Shown here in pieces: positions 26,426 through 64,000 of a stretch of DNA of 64,000 bases. The notes under the pieces were generated by a model. It saw only the letters and a program-made list of their open reading frames with translations, had not been told where the DNA came from and searched no databases. The DNA comes from Sphaerodactylus townsendi (taxonomy: Eukaryota), in contig NC_059437.1 in the NCBI RefSeq assembly GCF_021028975.2, positions 21,452,001-21,516,000 of the forward strand, read 5' to 3'. Position 1 is the stretch's first letter, and each line of letters opens with the position of its first letter. The translations under genes and the position numbers were made by a program.

Positions 26426-26447
26426 TCCTCCTTCCGGAGCCAGGTAA
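25543..26447 (-). CDS. XIAP: XIAP exon 2 (22 nt UTR, ATG at 26425; BIR1, BIR2, start of BIR3)
   Basis: ORF MTCNG...[10 protein letters not shown]...CFSC...H...C; acceptor ttcacAG (AG at 26449-26448), donor CAG|GTAAGC. Confidence 0.96.
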
Positions 26448-28794
26448 CTGTGAATGTATTATACAAGAATATATTAATTAGAAATCAATAATCAGAAATT
26501 ATTTTATGCTTATTTAACACAGCACAGTGACAAATGTCTACCCCCATTCAGAATAGCTTGAGCATGTATTACGTTATAACTGAATTCACTGCATTAAACT
26601 GGGTAGGAAAGAAAAGAAGGAAATATGCTAAAATGCTGCACAGAAACATTTACAGTATGGGAAGAAGACTCTGTAAAAACATAATTAGCTAGAGAAACAT
26701 TAACCATGACTTAAGCTGGCATCTTATCTATATTGTATCGCTATACATTTATTATGTTTTATTATCGTATTGCATATGAACATAAGGGTGTGTCAAAGAA
26801 TAAGTGATGGCATAAAGAAAAGAAGAGTTGCAACCCTAAGGGCACTTTTCTGGGAAGAAGCCCTACTGCATAACATGGGACTTACTCCCAAGGAAACCTG
26901 TTAAGGATACTTTCCTAACAGCATTCTTCGACATACTATAATATGCAGCGATCTTGGGAAGTGGTAGTAACATAACTAAAGTAAACCAGATTTATCTGGT
27001 GAACCAGATTTGTTTCTCCACTCCTACATTCTTGTGGGTAAGCTTGGGAATACTCAGTTCCTCAAAACTCTCTCAGCCCCACCTACCTCACAAGGTTTCT
27101 GGTGTGGGGAGAGGAAGGGAAAGTAGCCTGCGCCACCTGCTGCCTCTCAGATCCCCATGGAGTCCAAAAGCAGGCATATTTTTCAGGTTTGGTTTTAATA
27201 ACCCAAAAATATTCAGGAAAACTCGAAAAAGCAGATATGTAGTATCAGCTTTTCAAGGGGCGGGGGTTCAAAAATTTCTGCGTCTAACAAACCCCTCAAA
27301 AAGTTTTGACTGTCAGTCGTCATCCAGAGCAGGACTACTTTAAAAATGTGATTACTGTTGAGATTCTCCAATGTGTAATGTGTCCAAACCACGAATGAAG
27401 CTTTCAATTTGCGGAAACATTAAGCCTGCACAGCTGCCAATCAAGATAGTGAATTCAAAAGCATTTTATTCTGATATAGCCAACTGACTTCAGTGGAATT
27501 GATCTGGAGATTTATGTATCAAGCTGTAATCACCTTATCTGAAAAGCATACCTTCTATACTTATGTGTTTAATGTTTTAAAGACTGGGCTTGGCCAGATA
27601 AACAACTGGGAGAAGAACATTCAACAGCTGTTTTTGTGTTATAAAGTTCCACATGCGCTTTATGTATTTACAAGGTTGTAACTGCTTTCCCATTGCCAGA
27701 TGCACAAACCAATGATTGGTTTTTAAAAACAAAACAGCTAAAACAACAAAACAGCTAAGCTTCAATATTTATTCAGCTAACTAGTTGGTTAATCAATTAA
27801 ATATCCTTTCAGTAACAATGTGCCCTCAACGAAACAGGTAATTTAAAAAATAGGTATTACAAAAAAACCCCATGAAAAGTAGAATTTTAGAAAAGGCATT
27901 CCTGAAGATCTCTTGCGTTGGAAGGAACGCCTCTTCTAAGATGACTACGATAGAATAATGTTTCATATTAACCAGTTGCATTATGAACTGTAATGCACTG
28001 TATCTATAGTGCTGCCAATTGTTCAAAACACTTTACATGCTTTCTTACTATACCTCAACCATGAAAGACATGTTAGTTGAAGCAAGATCTACTCATTGGA
28101 CCTTGTGATTCCAAGATCAGCCATTACACTGCACTTGCTTTTTGCTGCTATTCAATTTCCTTGCGTAAATTCAAATGTATTAACCAATACCAATTAACAC
28201 AGCCCTTCAGTCTGATGCTACAAATGCAGACAGCAAAATAATAGCTCCACAGTTACAACAGAAAAACAAAACAAATATTTTGGCACAACAAGCTGTATTG
28301 CTAAAAAAAGGCTGTAGATTCCAACTGAAGATGGACCACAAGCTGGAAAATTGTTTCAATGCTCCATCAAATAACCTGCCACGTTAACAACAACACAAAA
28401 CAGACTACAGCAGCAAATAAGTTGGGCGGCAAAGTAGCTATACGAGAGCAGTAAAATGTACAAGCCACCAATTAAAAAACACACAACAAAGATGGAGAAA
28501 CAATTTGCTAATGGTGTATTTGGAAGACTTGTTTGAGGGCAGTAATTTAACTCTGCATTCTGTTAGATTTTAAAAAATTAGATTCACAGGCAAAAGATGC
28601 CAGGGGTGGAGTCTTGTATAGTCTGCAAGTGAGTACAGCAGGGGTGGGCAACCAAAGGGTCTAAAAAGGTTTTGACCTCTACCCATGAACGTATTGATGC
28701 ACCAGCAACAAAAAAAGGGGAGGGGACCCGATATGGGCTGTACCTGGACACTGCTGGAACATGTCAAAACCCAGTATTGCCACCAGTATTGCAT

Positions 28795-30370
28795 GGATCA
28801 GGCTCCATCCCTGAAGACTGGAAGATGGCCAATGTCACACCAATCTTTAAGAAAGGATCTAGGGGGGACCCGGGAAATTACAGGCCAGTCAGTTTGACAT
28901 CTGTTCCTGGTAAATTAGTAGAATCTATCATTAAAGATAAAATTATAAAACATGTAGAAAAGCAAGACCTGCTGAGAAAGAGTCAGCATGGCTTTTGCAG
29001 AGGCAAATCCTGTCTTACAAACTTACTAGAGTTCTTTGAGGGTGTAAACAGGCATGTGGACAGGGGTGAACCGATGGACATTGTCTACTTGGATTTCCAA
29101 AAGGCTTTTGACAAAGTTCCTCACCAGAGACTGTTGAGAAAACTCAGCAATGAAGGAATAAGAGGGGAAGTCCTCCTATGGATTAAAAACTGGTTGAGGA
29201 ACAGGAAACAAAGAGTGGGTGTAAATGGGAAGTTCTCACAATGGAGAGATGTAGGAGTGGTGTCCCCCAAGGATCCGTTTTGGGACCAGTGCTCTTTAAC
29301 CTATTCATAAATGACCTGGAAATTGGGGTGGAAGTAGCGTGGTGGGCCAAGTTTGCAGAAAATACCAAATTATGTAGGGTGGTGAGAACCACAAAGGAGT
29401 GAGACGAGCTCCAAGCCGGACCTTGATAAATTAAGGTGAGTGGGCTCAGAAATGGCAAATGCAGTTCAATGTAGCAAAATGTAAAAAGTGATGCACATAG
29501 GGGCAAAAAATCCAAACTTCACATACACGCTACAGGGGTCAGTGCTATCAGTCACAGACCAGGAAAGGGATTTAGGCGTCTTAGTTGATAGTTCCATGGG
29601 AATGTCAACTCAATGCATGGCAGCTGTGAAAAAGGCAAACTCTATGCTGGGGATCATGAGAAAAGGAATTGATAATAAAACTGCAAAGATTGTCATGCCC
29701 TTATATAAAGCAGTGGTGCGACCGCACTTGGAGTACTGTGTCCAGTTCTGGTGGCCGCATCTCACAAAAGGATATTGAGGAGATAGAAAAAAAGTGCAGA
29801 GAAGGGCAACAAGGATGATTGAGGGACTGGAGCACCTTCCCTATGAGGAGAGGCTGCAGCGTTTGGGATTCTTTAGTTTGGAGAGGAGATGGCTGATGGG
29901 GGGATATGATTGAAGTCTACAAAATTGTGCATGGGGTAGAAAATGTTGACAGAGAGAAATTTTTCTCTCTTTCTCACAATACTAGAACCAGGGGGCATAC
30001 ATTGAAAATGCTGGGGGGAAGAATTAGAACTAATAAAAGGAAACACTTCTTCACGCAACGTGTGATTGGTGTTTGGAATATGCTGCCACAGGAGGTGGTG
30101 ATGGCCACTAACCTGGATAGCTTTAAAAGGGGCTTGGACAGATTTATGGAGGAGAAGTTGATTTATGGCTACCAATCTTGATCCTCCTTGATCTGAGATT
30201 GCAAATGCCTTAACAGACCAGGTGATCGGGAGCAACAGCCGCAGAAGGCCATTGCGTTCACATCCTACATGTGAGCTCCCAAAGGCACCTGGTGGGCCAC
30301 TGCGAGTAGCAGAGAGCTGGACTAGATGGACTTTGGTCTGATCCAGCTGGCTTGTTCTTATGTTCTTATG
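28795..30370 (+). mobile_element. 5'-truncated CR1 LINE (ORF2 RT, frameshifted), antisense in XIAP intron 1
   Basis: PEDWKMANVTPIFKKG..DPGNYRPVSLTS, YLDFQKAFDKVPH, RPHLEYCVQFW; (TTCTTATG)n tail. Confidence 0.93.
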
Positions 30371-31779
30371 GATCCAACCCTGGACATAACAGGTAGCTGT
30401 TTAGGTCAGGGTGATGATGACTGACATAAGTAATGCCTGTCGCCTTCTCTTGCACTGTTGACTTCAGCAGTGCTGCCAGGGCAAGGCTGGCTGGAGATGT
30501 GCTCCTGGATGCCAAGCAAAACAGTCTGGTGTACTACTGCAGGCACAATGTTAGAGGATGCCTACCCTTCGCCCCTGCTCTGCAGCAATGCTCAACTATC
30601 AGCTCTTCAGTTCTGCAGACCAGATGTCACACCAGTCCACTATACTTGGGACTGCCCATGCAAATCAACCTTGGATTTTTTAAAAAAGTACAAGTGACCA
30701 TAATGCAGTAGGAAAGAAATGTACATCATAGCATGCTCTAGCCCAGGGGTGCTGAACTCATTTGTTACAAGGACCAGATATGACATTAATGTAACTTGGT
30801 CAGCCGGACCTGGACTAGCAAGGTGTATACATGTGTGTAGCTACCTCAGTTGGTGAGATTGGGAGCAAGAAGGGGTGTTTGTCTCAGCTAGCTCACTGGC
30901 CTGGTCAGCCCTCTCAAGGATACGCATACTGATAGCCCTACTGTAACCTGTACTCAGGACTCACAACACACTTGTCAAAAAAAGCTGGTCCTCGCCCTGC
31001 TAATTTCTTCACATTTCAGTTCTATGCACCTTTACTTGGACATATTCTACTGAAGTCATTACAACTTTCTAGATAAGTCATGTACAGATGACTGCAAACT
31101 TCAGTTCTCATTTTAGTGGTGCATGAAAGCCATTTGTCTGCAGAAAAAAAGTATCGCATATTCCAATCCGGAGTCCAGGCCTGATGAGTCATACCAAGCA
31201 CCCAGCATTCCATTTGTACCAGGAAGACATCAGCAGGCATGAAAGCGAAAGGGAAAGCCATTGCCTGCAACTGGAGCTCAGTTTCCTTCTAACCTTTGCA
31301 CCTTTTGAAAGACCTGTCCTTGGGAAAAAAAACCCTACTTCCCTTTTAAAGCTATCTTAACCAAATGATAATCACTGTGGAATCAAATGCACTCTCAATC
31401 AAGTCCAGAAACTTAGCATTTGTTAAAGATACTGCAGATCTTTCCTAGCAAGACAGATTGTAGTAGTTATGGACAACAGGTCATGCAGGAGCTTTCAAGT
31501 AACACGCTTGCAATTAGGGTACTAGCTTTCTCAAGGTGAAATTCCCTCTTCAGTTATTCCGTTCTAAATCCAAGAACTTTCCACTCTATTCCAAGAACTT
31601 GTGAGCTATTCCACTCTAAATCGAAGTTGTGGAGTAACTTGTGAGTTATTCCACTCTGAATCCAAGAACTTGTGAGAACTTGTGGAGTCACTCAGTTTAG
31701 GAATGGCTAGTGATCTATGGGCATAAATAAATAATTCTATTGTAATTATAGTAGGGGATTAATACCAAGGGAACCGGTC

Positions 31780-32720
31780 AGAGCCGAAGACATGGTTGAC
31801 ACACGAGGAGAACCGCACACGGGAAGGCGACCCATGACACGCATTTGAAAACACCCTCGTTAGGTCTGTGTAAACGCTGAAAACACGTGCCTTACGACGA
31901 GAGACATGAATCTATCAAATGACAGACTCGCGTGCACGCAACAATCTTCTCCTGCAACCTTCATTCTGACCGCCCCAGACGATACCCAGGGAGGAATACC
32001 GCCCTCCCTCTCCAATATCTGCAAAAACAGAAAAGGAATTACTGGAGGCATGTGCCGGAGGGCGTGCAAATGGGATCCTCTTTTTTCCTCCACCCTGCAA
32101 CCAAACGGGAGGAAAGTGCACAGTCGCACCTTGCAGGCGAACACATTTTTCTAGCAGGGTATGAGCTCGGGCGAGTCACGGCTCATGTGGACTAACGAGG
32201 AGAGAGGTCCATAGCAGCTCTTACGGGGGAAGGAGCAAGCGATGCCCTCCGCCCTACTAAGCGATTGCTTAAGTGTGGGTCAACCTTGCCTTTACCTGCA
32301 AGGTTGTTCGTTCCCTTCCAGCAACCACTGAGCCCTAGCACTAGGGCAGAAACGTTTGCATTCCCCTTCCCTGCAAAAAGCGGACCGCCCTGGCCGGGAA
32401 CTCACCGCGCAGTCCTGCTTCCGAGGAGCCCCTCCGCCACCAGCTGCCCAAACTGGCTCAGGGAGGTGAGAAAATGGCGGCGCTTGTGAACTTGGGAACG
32501 TCTGACCGGAGCGGAGGGAGAACCGAAGCGCCCCCGCACGGCCTTGGAGAGGAGCCACAACATAGCCGAGTGACACCTGGTGGCGGAACTGCGCAACTAC
32601 CAGGCGCGAATTCGCATCATCTGGTTCACACGGCGAACGGGGAGGGGCGGGGGATTAAAAATGACCAGAGCCTGAATGGGCTGAAAGGATGGCCCCGCTT
32701 CAACGACAAGGGGAGAACCA
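31780..32720. promoter_or_regulatory. CpG island / XIAP promoter with YY1 motif (AAAATGGCGGC, 32471-32481) and GC box (GGGGAGGGGCGGGGG, ~32639-32653)
   Basis: High CpG density against a CpG-depleted background; TATA-less motif set. Confidence 0.75.
32406..32620 (-). other. XIAP: Putative non-coding exon 1 of XIAP (5' end approximate)
   Basis: GCG|GTGAGT donor (GT at 32405-32404) inside the CpG island; alternative donor CAG|GTAAAG at 32295. Confidence 0.6.
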
Positions 32721-32969
32721 GAAGGTTCACGTTGGAATGTTTTCTTATGTTTAACATGCCAGTTGGGCTCTTTTTCTGTTTGCTTGGGCGTTTGTGATGT
32801 GAAAGAATGCTGAAAAATGGAAGCATCCCGCTCGAGGGTTCTGAAAGAATTATGGGGAACATCCAAACATATAACTGACTTCTGAGTAGACCTTAAGATT
32901 GCTCCTAAAATTAAATCTGCCACCTCTTGGCTTGGCCACCTCATTCTCTGGCCACCAGGGACCACAGTG

Positions 32970-33196
32970 CAGCGTGGTGTAGCAGTTACGAGCTGTAGAC
33001 TCTAATCAGGTAACCAGGTTTGTTTCCCCGCTCCTACACATGAAACCTTGGGCTAGTCACAGTTCTCTCCAAACTTTCTCAACACCATCTACCTCACAAG
33101 GTGTGTTCTGGAGAGAGAAAGGGAAAGAGTTTTGTAAGGCGCTTCGAGACTCCTTATAGTCGAGAAAAGCAAGATATAAACCCAAACTCTTCTTCT
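32970..33196 (+). mobile_element. tRNA-derived squamate SINE
   Basis: Same head and tail as the other copies. Confidence 0.7.
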
Positions 33197-34175
33197 AAAC
33201 AGTTACACCATTCCAAGTCCTTCAAAGTAAGGAAGCTTAGAAGGGTACCGCTCCACTTGTGGTAGCACTGCCATGATCTAAAGGTGATGCGTGCAAATGT
33301 CACAGCTAGCTTTCTTGGTGGTTATCTGGGAGATGAGGATGAGGTAGATAAAAGGAGTGCACTTCCTAGCTGTGAATGTTTTTTTGCCTTAAAAAAACCC
33401 CTTCCATGGAATTAGAAAGAGTAGCCCAGCTGAGAGATTTTGACATATTTGACATATCACAGCTTTCTAAAATGTGGCTCACCTCTCTCAAGTCTGAAGT
33501 CTGTTCTGCCACCTCATTCCCAGCATGCACTCCTGCATATATGAACCTAACTTGATAATCCTAAACAGAACTTTTACTTTAGAAGTTCTCTTTATCATCA
33601 ATGACTGTCCAAAAACATGGTTAGAATCAGGATTGCATAACAATAAGGCAGCGGGGGGAGGGGGGGTGTTTGAGGTAGAGGTGTGGAATTGGATTGACAG
33701 CCTCAGGCTGGGAAATGCTAGGAGACTGGGTAATGGTGTCAGGAGAGGGTAATGGGGGTGGGACACCTCAACAGGGGACAATATCATACAATCCATTCAC
33801 CAAAGCAGCTATTTCCTCCCAGGAAACAGGTCTCCACAGTCTGGGGATCAGTTGTCATTCTGGGAGTTCTGCAGGCCACACTGTAGCAAGAGATTGCCTC
33901 TGCACTCCACAGTTTTCAAGGCTTTTCCTGTGAAAGCACTAATTAGCCAGAAATCTCCAGCATTTATCACATTAAAGAAACTTTTCTGCCTTCAGTTCTG
34001 ATAATACAACTGTAGGAGAATGAGTTCTATTCTCTGTACTGTCAGTCAACAAGCCACACAGGATACCTGCATAAATGTTTACCTTTTAATGAAAAAAGAG
34101 CCGATTCTTTTTATTGAGCAAGGCAAGGAAAAATAAAGGCACAAAAAATTAACCCCACAATTATTGTGGAAATAA

Positions 34176-34206
<31 letters not shown>

Positions 34207-36280
34207 AAACTTTTATACCGCCCCATCCTCTAGGGGCTCTGGGCGGTGATCTTTGGGGAGGGTGTCCTAAAATATCCTAAAATATCAGCATTTCTGGCAT
34301 TGCTTAATTAACTGTTTTAAAACAAATCAGGGTTCAATTTTTGTTTCACCGCTTTCACTGTGTGTGTAAAATGCCGTCAAGTTGCAACTGACTTATGGCC
34401 ACCAAGTAGTGTTTTCAAGGCAAGAGACTAACCGCCCAATCCAAAGGGGGTAGAGGCAAATTGGACTATGGAGCCGGCACGGGGCCATGCTGACACATTT
34501 GCCCACCTTGCCAGTGTAAGTGGCACTTAGGCAGGTGGGGCGGGCAAACTGGACACCCAACCTGGAAATGCTTGGTTCCTGGAGAGCTGCGCTGGTCTAA
34601 ATCTGGCTGCCGGTACAGCTGGGGACAGGCTAGGGGCATTCATAGGGGTCGAGCCAACATCAGTCTGCGCTGGTCTAAATCTGGCTGCTGGTACAGCTGG
34701 GGGCAGGCTAGGGGCATTCCTACGGGTCAAACCAACATCACCTAGGCTTTCAAGCTGGGAACACCAACCTAGGCGCCTCAAACCAAAAGGATGGCATAAT
34801 TCTGTTTTGCCCTTTTGAGGGATTTCCAGGTGGCTGGTTTTTTTTCTTTTCTGCCTCCCCATGCTGCCTGAAAGTCCTTTAGATGTGGCGCTGTCCCAGA
34901 TTGCCCCAGCCTCTTAATATGGCTGCCTACCTGCTCTAGATGTGGTTTGCTATTGCCTTCCTCTGCATAGAGACCCTGGAATTCCTTGATCATCAAGTAG
35001 TAACTAGGGCTAGCCCTGCTTAGCTTCTGAGATCTCATGAGATCAGGCTAGCCTGGGCCATCCAGGTCAGGGTCCCATTGCTCTTAGAGATTAACAAAAA
35101 GCCCAAGTTACTCATGAATCTCTCCCACAGATCTCACTTCTTCTTCTTCTGAGACTTCCAGCCAGAGAAATATGATCTGCTTGCCTATGCCTATGCATAG
35201 AAAAATACCAGTCTTCTCCTTCTCCAAGTTTGATTTATTACACATGTGGTTATTTCTGATTGGTTTCAACATAAGTGCAATCAGCAGGTACATATGAGAT
35301 ACAGCAAGTCAAGAAGGCTGATCACAACTCTTAAAAAACCAATTAATCTAGCCTTTCTCTGTGTTTCAACTAACTACTGAAGATGAAGGTAGATCTAACC
35401 AACGGAATTTAAGGTCAGTTGAACAAGTGTGTAATCTCTCAATCAACCTGCAAATTCAGCATGAAAAAAGTTGATATCATTGTGACTGCCAGACCAACTG
35501 GAGGTCGGCAACATTAGTGTGGGATAATACCACACCTTCTCAACTATACATCTCTCCCACAGCTAGAGAAGTCTTATCCTAACTATGTTTTCTTGGATGT
35601 TAATTCCACTGATTTCAAATTGGACTGATATCCAAATAAATCAATTAGAATTAAGACTGCAGTCTTCATGCAGTTTGTACGCTGTGCTAATTTCAACCAT
35701 ACTCAAAATAAGATAAGCTGCAAATCTTGCAATCCTGTGCACGCTTATATAGGAGTTATTTGCACTGAGCATACTTAAAAGTACATGAGACTGACTGCAC
35801 AGGAATCAAAGTCCTACTCATTGTCCATGGGAGGTGGGGGTGGGGGAGTTCAAAATGTATTACATTCAGGAAATCATTTCTGTTCTAATTACAGTGTACC
35901 AAAATTTTATGTTTGTTGTGAAGGAGTCTGGAAAGTGTTCTAGGTACATGCTAAAGAGTCCCTTCTCACAACTTTTGCACATGCTTCCATGTTGCAGAGC
36001 TAACATCAGAAACCTTGGTCACATGGGAACAGCCATGGTTATTCCTGTGCTAGTATCAGGAAGGTGCAATACAAGTGCAGAGAGGAGCAAGCATGAATCA
36101 ACTCTTTTGTTATTACCTGAGCACTCTAGTAAGGACCTCATAAGGGCCAATATTGTACCCTAAAACACATCCAGTACTCTGTGGGGAAGAGGGTGAGTTT
36201 GTGACAAACCAGCCCTATTCAGTTGTTAAATGGACATACAAACATCCTGAAAGTACATTAATAATTATTTCTGTATACCT

Positions 36281-36421
36281 GGCCCCTTCCGCACATGCAA
36301 AATAATGCGTTTTCAAACCACTTTCACAACTGTTTGCAAGTGGATTTTGCTATTCCGCACAGCTTCAAAGAGCACTGAAAGCAGTTTGAAAGTGCATTAT
36401 TCTGCATGTGCGGAATGAGCC
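36281..36421. mobile_element. Harbinger-like MITE, TSD CCT
   Basis: Long TIRs, 3-bp TSD, near-identical to 61565-61705. Confidence 0.88.
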
Positions 36422-36841
36422 CCTGACAGGTTGTGAACATCAGCCTCATGTCAGGTGGAGCTTGGCGGCAAGCCAACAGTATAAAGCTGGAGCCAGTCAG
36501 CCCCAGCTGCTCAGTTTGATCCTGGCTTCAGCGAGGCTTGGATCAAGCTTTAAATTGAAGGATCAAAGCCTGCTGTTTAAAGCTGGACCTATGGAGTTGA
36601 GGCCAGCATCAAATGGGTCTACGCTCCTGAGCTGCACATGGAGTTCAGGGGTGGGGCAACTTTGGTTCTTTTGCCCTGCTTGTAGCGCTCCTGGGGCAAT
36701 TTGATGGACCATTGCGTAGAACAGGACGCAGCAGGGATGCACTTCCGGGCTGAAGCAGATGTTGCTCACCTCTGAGTACCGCTACCCTAAATCAAGAACC
36801 CAAGGCCTGAAACAAGAACCCAAGGTGGGAGAGAGAGGGAA

Positions 36842-36872
<31 letters not shown>

Positions 36873-37800
36873 CCCCAAAGAAAGCATGCCTCTTCCAGGG
36901 GACACACACACACACCCTCCCCAAAGAAAGCATGCCTCTTCTAGGGAACACACACACACCCTCCCCGAAGAAAGCATGCCTCTTCCAGGGGACACACACA
37001 CACACCCTCCCCAAAGAAAGCATGCCTCTTCCAGGGGACACACACACACACCCTCCCCAAAGAAAGCATGCCTCTTCCAGGGGACACACACACACACCCT
37101 CCCCAAAGAAAGCATGCCTCTTCCAGGGGACACACACACATACCCTCCCCAAAGAAAGCATGCCTCTTCTAGGGAACACACACACACCCTCCCCGAAGAA
37201 AGCATGCCTCTTCCAGGGGACACACACACACACCCTCCCCAAAGAAAGCATGCCTCTTCTAGGGAACACACACACACCCTCCCCAAAGAAAGCATGCCTC
37301 TTCCAGGGGACACACACACACACCCTCCCCGAAGAAAGCATGCCTCTTCTAGGAAACACACACACACACCCTCCCCGAAGAAAGCACTCTCTTCTAGGGG
37401 ACACAGACACACCCTCCCCGAAGAAAGCATGTCTCTTGTAAGGGACACACACACGCACACCAAAGAAAGCATGCCTCTTCTAGGGGACACAGTTACACCC
37501 TCCCCGAAGACACCATGTCTCTTGTAGGGGACACACACACCTCCCCAAAGAAAGCATGCCTCTTCTAAGGGACACAGATACACCCTCCCGGAAGACAGCA
37601 TGTCTCTTGTAGGGGACACACACACCTCCCCAAAGAAAGAATGCCTCTTCTAGGGGACACACACACACACACCCTCCCCGAAGACAGAATGTCTCTTGTA
37701 AGGGACACACAAACACACACACACACACACCCTCCCCGAAGACAACATGTCTCTTTCAGGGGACACCCACAATCTCGCCGGGGAACGCCTGCCTCTTCTA
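36842..37800. repeat. Minisatellite, ~21 units of ~40-46 bp: (CA)n-CCCTCCCCRAAGAAAGCATGCCTCTTCYAGGGR
   Basis: Directly visible tandem array, homogeneous on the left and degenerate toward the THOC2 promoter. Confidence 0.97.
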
Positions 37801-37964
37801 GGACCGCGCTCCTCGCCGCCGCTGCTCTCTCCCGGTGTCTGAAAGACGCTCAAAGGGCAGCCGGCCCCGGCGCTCCCGTCATGCTCCGCGCGGCCGCCCC
37901 GTCGTCCCTTCCGCCCTCAGGCCTGCCTCTCGCGCATCCGGGCTCTCAGCGCCACACGGGGAAG

Positions 37965-63183
<25,219 letters not shown>

Positions 63184-63219
63184 GTGAGCTACTTCAAACT
63201 TATTCCTGGAATTGTACAT

Positions 63220-63430
63220 AATATCTGTATACTCTTGGAAAACAGAATAATGCTAGGAAAGGTTGAAGGCAGCAGGAAAAGAGAAGCCCCAAAATGAAAT
63301 TGATTGACTCCATAAAAGAAGCCATGGCCTTCAGTTTGCAAGTCCTGAGCAAGGCTGTTAACAACTGGACATTTGGGAGGATTCATAGGGTCACCATGAG
63401 TCTGGAGCTACTTGATATCACTTAATACAC
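63220..63430 (+). mobile_element. RTE/BovB-like LINE 3' end
   Basis: Encodes decayed LE..IMLGKVEGSRKR, typical of the RTE C-terminus. Confidence 0.7.
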
Positions 63431-64000
63431 ATTTATTCTTTTCCTGCATAGACAGCTATTGCATTTGTTGAAAGTACTCTCCAAAATTCAATCGATATCT
63501 TGCATAAGCACCATGAAAGTTGGAACCCACTGAACTGGTCCTGTGATGCTCTACTCTGTCTTGAGAGCCAAGAAGCATATCCCCTGAACCAATGGAAACA
63601 AATTGTACGATCTTTGTGGCTTCCAAAGTAGAAGTCTGATCCCAGGCATTTGTCTGTGCGCATTCATATGTGTGCACATACCTCTGTAACCCTGGTTATT
63701 TAATTGGAACATTGGTTCTAGAAGGGGCACACTGCTCACAAATCACATTTACCAGCTTAGCTACATTGTTTTGTTTTATTAGGAATGGTTGTGGTTAGAT
63801 TGTAATATTGTTGTAATCTGCTCACTGGCTGACAACTTTTTTATCATATTTGTAATCTGCTTCAAGTCCCTGTGAGAAAGGCGAATAAATGAAATAGTAA
63901 TGACCCTGAGGATTTTTTGGGTTTCCCCGTAGCCTTCCCTGGCATTAGCTTGCGGTGGGGATCATGTAAGTGGTCTGGTGTTACTGCAGTCCCACCTCTG

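Noticed and set aside
36787-37728. Long ORFs (169-277 aa) on both strands
   Set aside because: Stop-free reading of the tandem repeat; repetitive Cys/Val or His/Thr peptides with no gene structure
36842-37800. CRISPR-like array (palindromic repeats with spacers)
   Set aside because: Spacers are variable-length (CA)n, not unique sequences; no cas genes; vertebrate context. It is a minisatellite.

Overview
Vertebrate (squamate reptile, probably a gecko, judged from its SINE/L2/Penelope content) genomic DNA with two divergently transcribed genes. XIAP lies on the minus strand and its CDS is complete: 6 coding exons of 883/100/79/31/201/194 nt give 495 aa with BIR1-3, UBA and RING. It has a putative non-coding exon 1 in a CpG island at ~32.4 kb and a ~2.9-kb 3' UTR. 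THOC2 lies on the plus strand: exons 1-13 (478 codons) are present and the gene continues past the window. Introns and flanks are full of L2, CR1, L1-like, RTE, Penelope, tRNA-derived SINE, hAT and Harbinger-type MITE insertions, and there is one assembly gap. Most notable: a ~21-unit palindromic minisatellite carrying 14 perfect p53 half-sites between the two promoters; a Penelope hammerhead ribozyme with an intact core in a THOC2 intron; a candidate in-frame 18-nt THOC2 microexon; an ORF1-only (HAL1-like) L1 derivative; an ancient intron-to-intron duplication carrying a locally templated insertion; and XIAP substitutions at caspase-9 and TAB1 interface residues. No prokaryotic-type system or CRISPR array is present.
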